DNA of 63,795 nt, the filler included, from Octopus bimaculoides (Eukaryota), in assembly GCF_001194135.2 (NCBI RefSeq). It is 6 parts of 6 records of this genome, joined end to end, with 100 filler letters (N's around TTAATTAATTAA, not from the genome) between each part and the next. Parts side by side here need not be neighbours in the genome. Positions count along the whole stretch, not along the records: positions 52,778 to 60,037 come from NC_069000.1; positions 60,138 to 62,577 come from NW_026410091.1; positions 62,678 to 63,795 come from NW_026358820.1; 3 more parts are not named here. One strand, 5' to 3'. A program made the position numbers and the translations under genes. Of this stretch, positions 52,852 to 63,795 are shown one piece after another. Position 1 is the first letter of the stretch. Every line of letters begins with the position of its first letter. The notes below the pieces were generated by a model. That model saw only the letters and a program-made list of their open reading frames with translations, was not told where the DNA came from and searched no databases.

Positions 52852-53570
52852 GTGTGTCTGTATTTGTCCCCCCACCATCGCTTGACATTGATCTTGCTGT
52901 GTTTACGTCCCCGTAAAATAGCGGTTCGGCAAAAGTGACCGATAGAGTAAGTACTAGGCTTACAAAGAATAAGTCCTTGGGTTGATTTGTTCAACAAAAG
53001 GTGGTGCTCCAGCATGGTCGGAGTCAAATGAGTGAAACAAGTATAAGAATAAACGAATAAAAGGATATACATACATATGTGTGTGCGTGTGTGTGCGCGC
53101 ATGTCTGCATTTTTACAATAATTTCTGAAACGCATATATATTAGCATACACATATATATATATATATATACACATATAAAATTTCCCAAGGGGGATTATC
53201 AGCATTGACTATCAGTAACTCTATCCCAGAGACAGGAGCTGTTTCAGTAAGGAAGGTTGTTATTGCTCGACTGTCTCACAGTTTTACACCTTAGGTAGCC
53301 AGCCTTCGCTAAAACTGTTTTATCTGTTATCTTGAGGGAGATAACATGATGTTAGAGATATACCCGTTAAGCACACGCGCACGCGCGTGCGTATAAACAC
53401 GTCTTCATCATCTGTTTGACACAACGTTGTGCATACACGGAAGTACAAACACACGCTTCACATACATCTCCCACTACTTCGCCTCATATATCTATCTGTA
53501 TATACAACACATGCATACATACATACATGCATATACATGTATATATATGCACACACACACACACACATAC

Positions 53571-53666
<96 letters not shown>

Positions 53667-53714
53667 GTATGTGTGTGCATGTCGTCGACATTTTTGAGCA
53701 TGAGCGTAAAATAA

Positions 53715-54050
53715 TTTATTCGTCTCAACCCATCCTTAGCGTATATTCCATCTGTGTATAAAATTTCAAGAAAATCGGTTGAAAATTTTAAAGTTATGGC
53801 AGAAAATAACATTCATATGAGAATTTGCATTGAAATGTCCCATTGAATTTTGAAAAGTCGATGTTGATTAAAAATTATCGATTTTTTAAAATTCCAAGTG
53901 CGTAAGTGACCGCATGGACATAAGCTCCACACACGTGTCAAGTTTCATTAAGACCGGTTGGATGGTCTCGGAGAAGTTATAATAACAAACTGACAAACAC
54001 ACAGAGCCAGAAACAGACAGAAATTGCCATTTATGTGTATAGATATATAC
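53715..54050 (+). mobile_element. Possible Helentron-associated (HINE/DINE-1-like) non-autonomous element end
   Basis: ...GTGTCAAGTTTCATTAAGACCGGTTGGATGGTCTCGGAGAAGTT...ACAGACAGAAATTGCCATTTATGTGTATAGAT resembles this class of termini. Family assignment is from memory. Confidence 0.4.
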
Positions 54051-54303
54051 GCACATTGATAAAAGCCAACGAGCTAGGAAGATCAATGTTTGGGAATATT
54101 GATAGATGCTGACACTGAACAGATAGGGTGTTTTCACATCTTTTTACAACAAGAGGATAATTTTCTCTATGGTAACTGCAGTGAATTTGCCTTTTAGTTG
54201 TTGAAATATGTCACAAACATATTTTAACCAACACCAACGTTGCTTATGCCTAAACACTGCTTGGCGCTAATATTTCGCTAATATATATATATAATATATA
54301 TAC

Positions 54304-54373
<70 letters not shown>

Positions 54374-54481
54374 AAACATAATTAAGGGATCAGCAAATAT
54401 TTGCTTCACCATATACCGAAGTTCAGAAATAGCAGCGATCCTTTACCCTTTTAATTTGTATCTATCTATCTATATAAGTAT

Positions 54482-54783
54482 CACTTGAAAAGGAAGGTGA
54501 GAATAGAGAGACAGTTTTTGTCTCGTGAAAGTTTCATTAAAAGGTGGGTGAAGGTAGCAAAGATGGTGCGTGCGAGTGACGATACCCCTTTGAGCATGAT
54601 CCTATAAATCGAGAAAAAAAAAAATTAAAAAAAAAAAGAGAGAGAGAGCACTTCGCACTCATGTGTCTATTCCCTGCTGAGGTTACCATGGTCTTTCCGT
54701 AGGCTTTTCTCTCCATGGATAAACCTAATGTTACCCCATTTTACACAACTGACATTTTCTGTGATATACGATACCCCCCTTTT
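54482..54783 (+). mobile_element. Tx1-like LINE 3' fragment
   Basis: Stop-free HLKRKVRIERQFLSRESFIKRWVKVAKMVRASDDTPLSMIL* (54482-54607), homologous to the end of the 19.3-kb element. The UTR runs into a gap. Confidence 0.65.
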
Positions 54784-55871
54784 NNNNNNNNNNNNNNNNN
54801 NNNNNNNNNNNNNNNNNNNNNNNNNNNNNNNNNNNNNNNNNNNNNNNNNNNNNNNNNNNNNNNNNNNNNNNNNNNNNNNNNNNNNNNNNNNNNNNNNNNN
54901 NNNNNNNNNNNNNNNNNNNNNNNNNNNNNNNNNNNNNNNNNNNNNNNNNNNNNNNNNNNNNNNNNNNNNNNNNNNNNNNNNNNNNNNNNNNNNNNNNNNN
55001 NNNNNNNNNNNNNNNNNNNNNNNNNNNNNNNNNNNNNNNNNNNNNNNNNNNNNNNNNNNNNNNNNNNNNNNNNNNNNNNNNNNNNNNNNNNNNNNNNNNN
55101 NNNNNNNNNNNNNNNNNNNNNNNNNNNNNNNNNNNNNNNNNNNNNNNATATATATATATATATATATATATATAAGTATATATACACACACACACACACA
55201 CACACGTGCATATGTATATATAAGCATGTATATATATGTGTATCTATATATACATATACCTTTATATACCTATATATATGTAAATATACATACGTACATA
55301 GATGCGTATACATGCACACGCACGCACTCACACTCATGCGTGCACACACAAATGCACACATACAGAAATTTAGATTTGCAACTCGAGTAAAGCGGAAATG
55401 TTTGAAATTCAAGAATTCACCAATAATAATTCATGATAAACATCATAATGATGGCGGTGATGCTGGTGATGGTGGTGATGATGATGATGATGATGGGAAA
55501 TATGATAAACATTATGCTGATATTGTTGTTGTGATGATGAGCCTACTGCTGCTGCTGATGATGATGACGATGATCATTTCTATTTTGGGTCTAAGCTTAC
55601 AGAAATATCGCTGTTTATGTTTATGTTGTTGTTGCTGATGTTGTTGAGATTCGTCAAAGTCATTCCTTATGAAGGGAACTTCGATGGAAGGCGCACCGGC
55701 CGTGACCAACTCATGACTACATTTTCCATTGTGTCTTTTTCGTGTATGGTTTGTGGCAGAGAGGGTGAGAGGTAAAGAGGAAGAGAGAGGGTGAGAGAGC
55801 GAGCAACAGTGAAAAAGGGAGAGATGGAGTGAGAGAAGGAAGTTGAAGGTGAGAGGGAAAGAATTGAATTA

Positions 55872-55919
<48 letters not shown>

Positions 55920-56184
55920 GCGATGTTGTTCTTTTCTAGTTTTCTGGACACGTAGAAATATTACTTTGTTTAGAAACGTGAAAGTTGGCGATTGGGAAGG
56001 CATCCAGCCGTTGAAATTCTGCTTCAAGCATGAAGAAGTTGGCGTTGAGTGATATTGACGATGATGACAATGATGGAAACGTTAATGATGATGATGGTGA
56101 AAATGTTGATGATGATGATGGTGACGACATATATGTATGTATGCATGTACATGTATGCATACGTATGTATACACATACATATAT

Positions 56185-56844
56185 ACACACGCTTCATATT
56201 GATGACACAGGCACCATTTTTCGTCGCCAGTAACGATTCGGTAAAGAAATCGTTGCTTGTGTTCATGAGCTGAGCAGTGACGAACAAGTAAACCAACGGA
56301 GATTGTGGCTCGTTGAGTTTTGTTGTTACTTAAAGCATGCAGAACACATGCTCCCTACTTCTGAACCTTTTCCATCGAGTGAAGATGCTTCTCTATAGCG
56401 ACGTGGGAGCATTCCGTTTTCTCTGCCAGTTCCCTTGTCGTTTGACGAGAATTTTCGTGCAAAAGTTGGTTTAATCGCTCTTCTTTGAACTCAACTGGAC
56501 GGCCAGAACGAGGTGCGTCTTTGAGGTCAAAATTTCGTTTTTGAACTTGCCATACCAATCATGAGCGGTTCTTTCAGCCATGGCACTCTCTCCATGCACA
56601 GCACAAATGTCGCGAGCAGCTTTTGGGGCCTTAGAACCTTGATTAAAAACAAAAAAGAAATAGGTGTCGAAAATGCTCGTTTTTCTTAACTTGACATTCC
56701 ATTTTAATGATCTGAAAATAAACAAAAATTAACTAAAATTAACTAGAAAAAAGAAAAAAAAAAAGAAAAATAGATTCCAAAATTTAAAAACGCAATAAAT
56801 TCCAAAATTTAAGAAAAACGGCGGGAACTTAGTTGCCAACCCAA
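56185..56844 (-). mobile_element. Mariner 5' half with a mellifera-like TIR
   Basis: TIR TTGGGTTGGCAACTAAGT flanked by TA (56845-56846). Translations AARDICAVHG..AERTAHDWYGKFK, LKDAPRSGRP, TTRELAE, RFLYRIVTGDEKW. Confidence 0.85.
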
Positions 56845-57627
56845 TATATAATCCAAATAANNNNNNNNNNNNNNNNNNNNNNNNNNNNNNNNNNNNNNNN
56901 NNNNNNNNNNNNNNNNNNNNNNNNNNNNNNNNNNNNNNNNNNNNNNNNNNNNNNNNNNNNNNNNNNNNNNNNNNNNNNNNNNNNNNNNNNNNNNNNNNNN
57001 NNNNNNNNNNNNNNNNNNNNNNNNNNNNNNNNNNNNNNNNNNNNNNNNNNNNNNNNNNNNNNNNNNNNNNNNNNNNNNNNNNNNNNNNNNNNNNNNNNNN
57101 NNNNNNNNNNNNNNNNNNNNNNNNNNNNNNNNNNNNNNNNNNNNNNNNNNNNNNNNNNNNNNNNNNNNNNNNNNNNNNNNNNNNNNNNNNNNNNNNNNNN
57201 NNNNNNNNNNNNNNNNNNNNNNNNNNNNNNNNNNNNNNNNNNNNNNNNNNNNNNNNNNNNNNNNNNNNNNNNNNNNNNNNNNNNNNNNNNNNNNNNNNNN
57301 NNNNNNNNNNNNNNNNNNNNNNNNNNNNNNNNNNNNNNNNNNNNNNNNNNNNNNNNNNNNNNNNNNNNNNNNNNNNNNNNNNNNNNNNNNNNNNNNNNNN
57401 NNNNNNNNNNNNNNNNNNNNNNNNNNNNNNNNNNNNNNNNNNNNNNNNNNNNNNNNNNNNNNNNNNNNNNNNNNNNNNNNNNNNNNNNNNNNNNNNNNNN
57501 NNNNNNNNNNNNNNNNNNNNNNNNNNNNNNNNNNNNNNNNNNNNNNNNNNNNNNNNNNNNNNNNNNNNNNNNNNNNNNNNNNNNNNNNNNNNNNNNNNNN
57601 NNNNNNNNNNNNNNNNNNNNNNNNNNN

Positions 57628-57667
<40 letters not shown>

Positions 57668-58159
57668 TCTGCTGACATATGTATATACAAATATGTGCAC
57701 ACACAAATATACATAATACACACACACACACACACACACATTTCTGAGTTCCATCCCGCCGGAATCGATGAAATAAAATATCAATCGGGCACTGGCATCG
57801 ATAGAAACGGCTTAGCCTCTTCCCTCAGAATTATTGGTCTTTCTTCCTAATATATAGCAAGAATAAGAATGGACAAAATCACATATCTAATTGGCGATTA
57901 CGCCATACATTACCGGCAATTGTTTCTATTGTGCCACCATATTTAGATACAAAAAACAAGAACAAAAAAAAAACGGTTTAAAATGAGCGATATTTTGATT
58001 TACTTGACACACATGAAGAAATACTTTGGATGTTAATTCTATTTCAATTTATTCCTATCTTAGTGTTTGATATATTAAACCAAAATTGTGCAACTTTGGG
58101 TGCTTTAATGATAACTGTCTGGATTTGCTAATCTCTTTTACTTCTTTATTACATATGTT

Positions 58160-58211
<52 letters not shown>

Positions 58212-58542
58212 GGTATCGCGTCGCTGAAACTGATAGCCAGTCTGTGGTGGGGATAAGAAGCGGAGCGAAGCTTGTATCTTCTGTATTTGTAATGTGAACC
58301 TTAATACTGACATCTTTAAATAACTCTTTTAAAGAAAGGGTTGAATACACCAATGAAGGTTCATAGGAAATTACAGTATTGGTAGCGGCAACCGCAGCCG
58401 CTGTCACCGCGCCGTAGTCGCCGCAGCCGCAATAGCAGCAACAGCAGTAGTAGTAGTAGTCGTAGTTGTAGTAATACTACTAGTGATAGTAGCAGCAGCA
58501 GTAATAGTAGTCGCAGCAGTAGTAGTAGTAGTACTACTAGTG

Positions 58543-58603
<61 letters not shown>

Positions 58604-59825
58604 ACAGAATCTTTAGCGCATCTAATATATAACTTGCACTATTTCTTGTAGCTGTTTCCATTTCGTGTTCAAATCCCACTGAGGTCATTTCAGAGTTCCG
58701 TCCCTCTGGGATCGATGAAATAAAATACCAATCAGGTACTGGCATCGATGGAATCGGCTTTGTCTCTTCCCTCAGGATTATTGGTCTTTGTTCCTAATTT
58801 AGAAACCGTTTGAAAAGGTGATGATATGGCAGAATCGTTAGAGCATTTGACAAAATGTTGAACGGTATTTCTTACGTTCTGAGTTCAAATCTTAAGGTCT
58901 ACTACTACTGCTGCTACTACTACTGCTATCACTTGTAGTACTACTGCAACTTTTAGGGATCGTGAATGCAAGTACCAGTCAAATACTGGAGCGATGAAAA
59001 CGACTAACTCCTTTCTCTGCCATATTTTAGGCCTTGTGCTTTATAAGAAAAAACGAATTGTCATCAATTGTTGTTGTTGTTGTTTTAGCAGCAGCAATGT
59101 TGATTTCTGAAATCAACACAAGGGCACATCTTTTGGCGGGAAGGCACAGCGAATTCAGTCGTTTACCAAGATATGAGTGGTATTTTTCTAATCGACTGGT
59201 CCCCTTCCCCAAAATTTCGAGCCTTGTGCGTAGAGTAGAAAAGAATATCCAGTTACGTACTGGGGTTGATCTAATCGACTGGCCCCCACTCCAACAATTT
59301 CGGGCCTTGTGCCTAGAGTAGAAAAGAATATGTGTATTTGCAGATACCAACATAAAGTGCTGAGGTCAATGGATCAGTTAAACCTCCGATCACGGGAGGA
59401 ACCCTCGTCTAATCTGTTATTAGTCAGCAAAAAGAAAAAGGTCCAAAACCAACGGTTCCTCTATTTTTTTTTTCTTTTAGTCACTAAGCAGAATTATTTG
59501 ATGATTTTACTTCGACTTTTTATCTTTTACATGTTTCACTCATTGGACTGCAGCAATGCTGGGGGCACCGTATTGAAGGATTTACCCGAACAAATTGACT
59601 ACAGTACATAACTTTTTAATTAACCTGGTGCTTATTCTATCGGTCTTTTTGCAGAACTGCTAAGTTACGTGGGCGCAAACAAACAAACACCATTTGTGAA
59701 GCGATGATTGGGGACTAACACAGTACACACACACACAATTACGTGCGTGTGTGTACCTATTTTTATAATAAATGCATATATATTTATGCATGTTTGTATA
59801 CATATATGTATGTATGCATATATGA

Positions 59826-59866
<41 letters not shown>

Positions 59867-60137
59867 AGTAAAAATAAATACAAAAAAAGGGGGGGTTGTA
59901 TGATTGTGTATAGAGGAATATATTATTTTGTTTAAAAGAGTTCCAACACTGTCTGTTTTTTATGTTTTATTTATATTCCTTGTGGTATTTCATATTTTCT
60001 ATACTTTGTAGTATTTCATCATGGCCGGTATGACAGANNNNNNNNNNNNNNNNNNNNNNNNNNNNNNNNNNNNNNNNNNNNTTAATTAATTAANNNNNNN
60101 NNNNNNNNNNNNNNNNNNNNNNNNNNNNNNNNNNNNN

Positions 60138-60200
<63 letters not shown>

Positions 60201-60759
60201 AGCGCACATATAGTGTTTTTAGTGCATTTAGAGGTCATTTTCTCAGCTGATAAATTTTTTATAAGGTAGTGAACATTTGTAACAATACTTTTTTGTCAAA
60301 CTTAGAAATGCACCCACTACTGCAAACTGAGAAAGCAGACTTTCGGAACAGCTGGCCCATTTTAGATAATATTTCTTTGTTTGATCGGGAGTTTCCTCCT
60401 TTTTAATATATCAAGCATTGCACTGAAAGTTTCAGACAAACCAATAAAAACTTTCACTATAAAGATATATTGATATTACTATGTGTTGTTAATTACTATG
60501 CTAATACTACTACGTGTCACCCTATCGATCCAGCAATGTATCTATCTCACACATACCGTCTTGTAAAGAGCAACAGAAACGATATCTATGAAGCTATGGT
60601 ATTGAATACAATCACCTTATTTCTATTTTAAAAAAAACGTTTTGACAGTAACGGATAACAATGAAAAATATTGAAATTGATTTATAGATATATTAAACTG
60701 AATTTCCAGTTCGTTTAAACATTTTCAAGATAATAATGTACTATACATTCACCAACATA

Positions 60760-61491
60760 TTCAATTCAAATTCAATAAAACATAATGGTTTCGTCTTGAT
60801 CAAAAAAGCTGTGATGAATGAGACCGACCGCAGACCACCGAACAGTCACCATAACCTTCTTTTGTTGCAACTTTGGCTTCGGGAAATGCCGTGGAGCTTC
60901 GTCGGCGTCCAACCACTGAGCTGAACGTCGCCGGTTGTCAGAAAGAATCTACTTTTCATCGCAAGTCACAATCTGGTTGAGAAACCCATTTCGCGCGGCA
61001 CCCATTTCTGAAGTATTTTTGTTTTTCCAATCTCTTTCAAGTGGTTGGAAATTATCGTATACGTTACCTCTAATTCAGAAGCAAATTCCCGAACAGTTGT
61101 GCGTGGATTGGCTACGACAAAGGCTCTTAGATTTTCGTTGTGAACATAAGATGGCCGACCACTACGCTTATCATCTTCAAGACTCCTCACCGCTACAAAA
61201 TTTGTTGAGCTACCATTGTCCTCTACTTTCATTAGTGGTTCCTGGGCCAAACGCATCTTTGATATCACGAGCTGTTTCAGCAGCTTTTTGGCCTAGCTTG
61301 AACTGGAATAAGAAAAATGTGCGAATTTGCTTTTTGTCCATGTTGTATACAACGTTCCAGAAAAAATGGCCTAATTATTCAAAAAGAAAAAGTAACACGA
61401 TTAGTCAAAGTAATTTAACGAAAATTAATTTGAAAATATATCATTTAAAACTAAAATTAAAAATTCTGCAAGAAGTTTCTTGACAACCTCA
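60760..61491 (-). mobile_element. Hsmar1-like (cecropia-type) mariner, 3'-truncated with an internal deletion
   Basis: ATG at 61341. MDKKQIRTFFLFQFKLGQKAAETARDIKDAFGPGTTNE..QW*..KF.SGEESLEDDKRSGRPS...KWVPRE / [45 protein letters not shown]. TIR-like TGAGGTTGTCAAGAAA ends at 61491 next to TA. Confidence 0.9.
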
Positions 61492-61978
61492 TATATCATG
61501 GTCCCTTAACGACAGATACAATCTCTACAACTCATCATTTTTGTTTTTGTGTACCACCCGCCAGAAACGTGCTTAATATGTAAAATTACCACGTTTAATA
61601 ACATTATATTGCTAAAATTTATAGCAGGCTGTGGCGGAAAATCAATTACGTACCACATTAACTCAACCACACCTTATGCTTATCAAATATTGATTGTCGA
61701 TTAGTATAAACATATAAATATTTTGTTATTGAACTAGTTTTCAATTGCTGTTCAGTGCCTATTCCTCGCAGAAGACAGACGCTTAGTAATGTAATTTTAA
61801 CTTGCAGCAGAAACATAGGACAAAAATTTATGTGGAATAATAGAAAGTTTGAAAATATATTTGTGCTAATTTTATATATTACAATAAGTGAATTGTTCCA
61901 AATATTGTAATCGGGTGGTAAAGACGAGCGGACTATATTTTTCTTCGTGATAAGACTCAATACTTTCCTGATCATAAA

Positions 61979-62083
61979 ATGAATACACCTAGACATCGGA
62001 GTTGTTTTACATTTGTTGCACTAATAGTAACCGTCTGTCTTGTCTACTTCGGTATTTTAAGGATTTATACTGAACATGTCCAG
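61979..62083 (+). CDS. Candidate first coding exon of a type II membrane protein (MNTPRHRSCFTFVALIVTVCLVYFGILRIYTEHVQ)
   Basis: AAAATG start with an in-frame TAA upstream at 61919. Short basic tail followed by about 19 hydrophobic residues. Ends in a consensus donor CAG|GTAAGT, phase 0. No downstream exon identified. Confidence 0.5.
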
Positions 62084-62204
62084 GTAAGTCTTTGTCAGTA
62101 GCCTTTTTTCCGTTGTACTTATGCGCATTTCGTTTTACTAAGCCTNNNNNNNNNNNNNNNNNNNNNNNNNNNNNNNNNNNNNNNNNNNNNNNNNNNNNNN
62201 NNNT

Positions 62205-62470
62205 ATAGATACTGTACCGAAGATAAGACCTTTGCTTATCTACAGAAGTCTTTAGGATTTCATTTAATATTTTCGACAGCCCTGGCTTCTTTTTCTACCC
62301 CGATCGTTTCATGAGAGTGTTTGAAATCATTTTCGATCTCAAGCAATGTACGTTTGAGATAGAATCGTTTGTTATCCTTTAGTGGCCCATTCAGTCGGTT
62401 GGAATCTTTTGCGCGGCGTCTCATTAGAATTCTGCCATCCCTGGAACAAACTGACTGCATATGTCATGTA
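62205..62470 (-). mobile_element. CR1/L2-like LINE fragment (pre-RT linker)
   Basis: LLEIENDFKHSHE...EKEARAVENIK*NPKDFCR*AK resembles the IK.NPK.F..YAK motif upstream of the RT domain in CR1/L2-like elements. Confidence 0.5.
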
Positions 62471-63239
62471 CGATTGTCATTAAGTTATGCAGCTTTATAT
62501 CAATATCTTACGTATATGTGTGTATGCATGTATGTATATATATATGTGTGTATGTATGTATGTATGTATGTATGTATNNNNNNNNNNNNNNNNNNNNNNN
62601 NNNNNNNNNNNNNNNNNNNNNTTAATTAATTAANNNNNNNNNNNNNNNNNNNNNNNNNNNNNNNNNNNNNNNNNNNNGACCAAAGCCTTGTGAGTGGATT
62701 TGGTAGACGGAGACTGAAAGAAGCCCAACGTATAATTTTAGCAAAATTTTTCTGGAATAAATGAATAACAAAATCTGATTCAGCGTCAAAAGTTACATCT
62801 ATATGATACATTAAAAAAATGTTTTGAAGCTAATTGTAAGCAGTGAAAAAAATCTCAATGATCCGCCTCTAAACCTTTTGAGGTACCAGTTGAACACTGG
62901 GATCGCTGTAATCCACTCCCCCACCCCCGATGTTGCTGGCCTTGTGCTAAAATTTGAAACCAGTATTTTTTATAGAAATAGCAATTTTTATCACGATCAC
63001 ACCTATTTATTTCCCTTTATAGATTCATTTTATTATTTCATTGATAGCAATATATAAATTTTTTAAAAATGTGTAACGCCTGTATCAGTCCAATTTCTAA
63101 CTATTTCCCTCGACTATAAATTATTCATAACTGAATCCTTTATTTATTTATTTATTTATTTTCATTGTTTGGAAATTATATTCTACTTTTCGATATTTTC
63201 CAATCATTCTTTGTAGATTTATAATATAGTTCTATATTT

Positions 63240-63795
63240 AAAAGATGAGGAATTATATACATTATTTACATTGTTTACATTTGACGGATATTTGTCCTCA
63301 TCTTGTTTGTTGTTAACACAACGTTTCGGCTGATATACGCTCCAGCCTTCATCAGGTGTCTTGGGGAAATTTACAACCTGAGTTCTCATTCCTAAGGTAT
63401 TTTTCGATGTTATTATTATTATTATTATTATTACATTGTTTTTTTTTCTTCTTTCTTCAAATTTTCTTCCATTTCTCGCTGAGTGTTTTCCGTACACCTA
63501 GGGCAGAGAAGCTCATTCTATGCATTCCCAGTTTACACACGGAAATTCACAGGTAAAATATGTATTTTAAAACAAAATAAAATTAGTAAATAAATAAATT
63601 CATGAATGGATGTTGTTTTCACAGCGATAATGCTCTTCTCAGTACACGAGTGGTTCCAGTTAACACGATTTTTTGCACTTCCTGTAGGGATGGTAAGCCT
63701 GGTATCATTTTCTATTATTATTATTATTATTATTATTCAGGTCAGTGCCTGGAATCGAACACGGAATCTTGGGGTTAGTAGCCCGCGCTCTTAAC
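63240..63795 (-). mobile_element. tRNA-headed SINE-like element with (AAT)n arrays and a hammerhead-bearing Penelope-like 3' part
   Basis: Minus-strand order: GTTAAGAGCGCGGGCTACTAACCCC... with B box GTTCGATTCC (63751-63760), (AAT)n, about 280 bp internal segment, (AAT)n, hammerhead, 10-bp inverted repeat (63242-63251 / 63295-63304). The head is cut by the window end. That these parts form one element is inferred. Confidence 0.55.
63315..63360 (-). ncRNA. Minimal hammerhead ribozyme motif (Penelope type)
   Basis: Minus strand reads GACAC-CUGAUGA-A-GGCUG(gagcguauau)CAGCC-GAA-ACGU-U-GUGUU. Stem I GACAC/GUGUU, 5-bp stem II, intact CUGAUGA and GAAA cores, palindromic ACGU stem III, U at position 17. 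Confidence 0.7.

Noticed and set aside
58138-58407. Minus-strand ORF with a protein-like middle (YEPSLVYSTLSLKELFKDVSIKVHI...)
   Set aside because: Begins and ends in simple repeats; no recognisable family or splice sites.
63738-63795. Bona fide tRNA gene (anticodon loop CTACTAA)
   Set aside because: Truncated by the window end and followed by SINE-like repeat structure; treated as a tRNA-derived head.

Overview
Eukaryotic, AT-rich, microsatellite- and repeat-saturated draft genomic DNA with many N gaps. It is most likely an octopus or other cephalopod; this is inferred from the SINE families and repeat load, not from a search. Almost all ORF-track entries are translations of microsatellites or N runs. 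Genes: one host gene is recognisable, the 5' part of sphingosine-1-phosphate lyase (SGPL1) on the + strand. It has two clear exons (47261-47405, 50873-51048) whose phases fit, and a probable 30-nt first coding exon (26540-26569) behind a promoter-like patch. I found no catalytic-domain exons. A candidate first exon of a type II membrane protein lies at 61979-62083. Mobile elements: decayed Tx1-like, RTE and CR1-like LINEs; a Merlin/IS1595-like transposase; at least five Tc1/mariner relics, including an Hsmar1-like and a mellifera-like copy; MITE/foldback elements; and three or more tRNA-derived SINE families. Best leads: (i) a tRNA-headed SINE-like element whose 3' part folds as a minimal Penelope-type hammerhead ribozyme (63240-63795, minus strand); (ii) a second hammerhead-like motif in sense orientation in SGPL1 intron 1; (iii) a 187-bp-arm intronic foldback; (iv) a CpG-depleted domain that matches the SGPL1 gene body and ends at an artificial 100-bp scaffold spacer.
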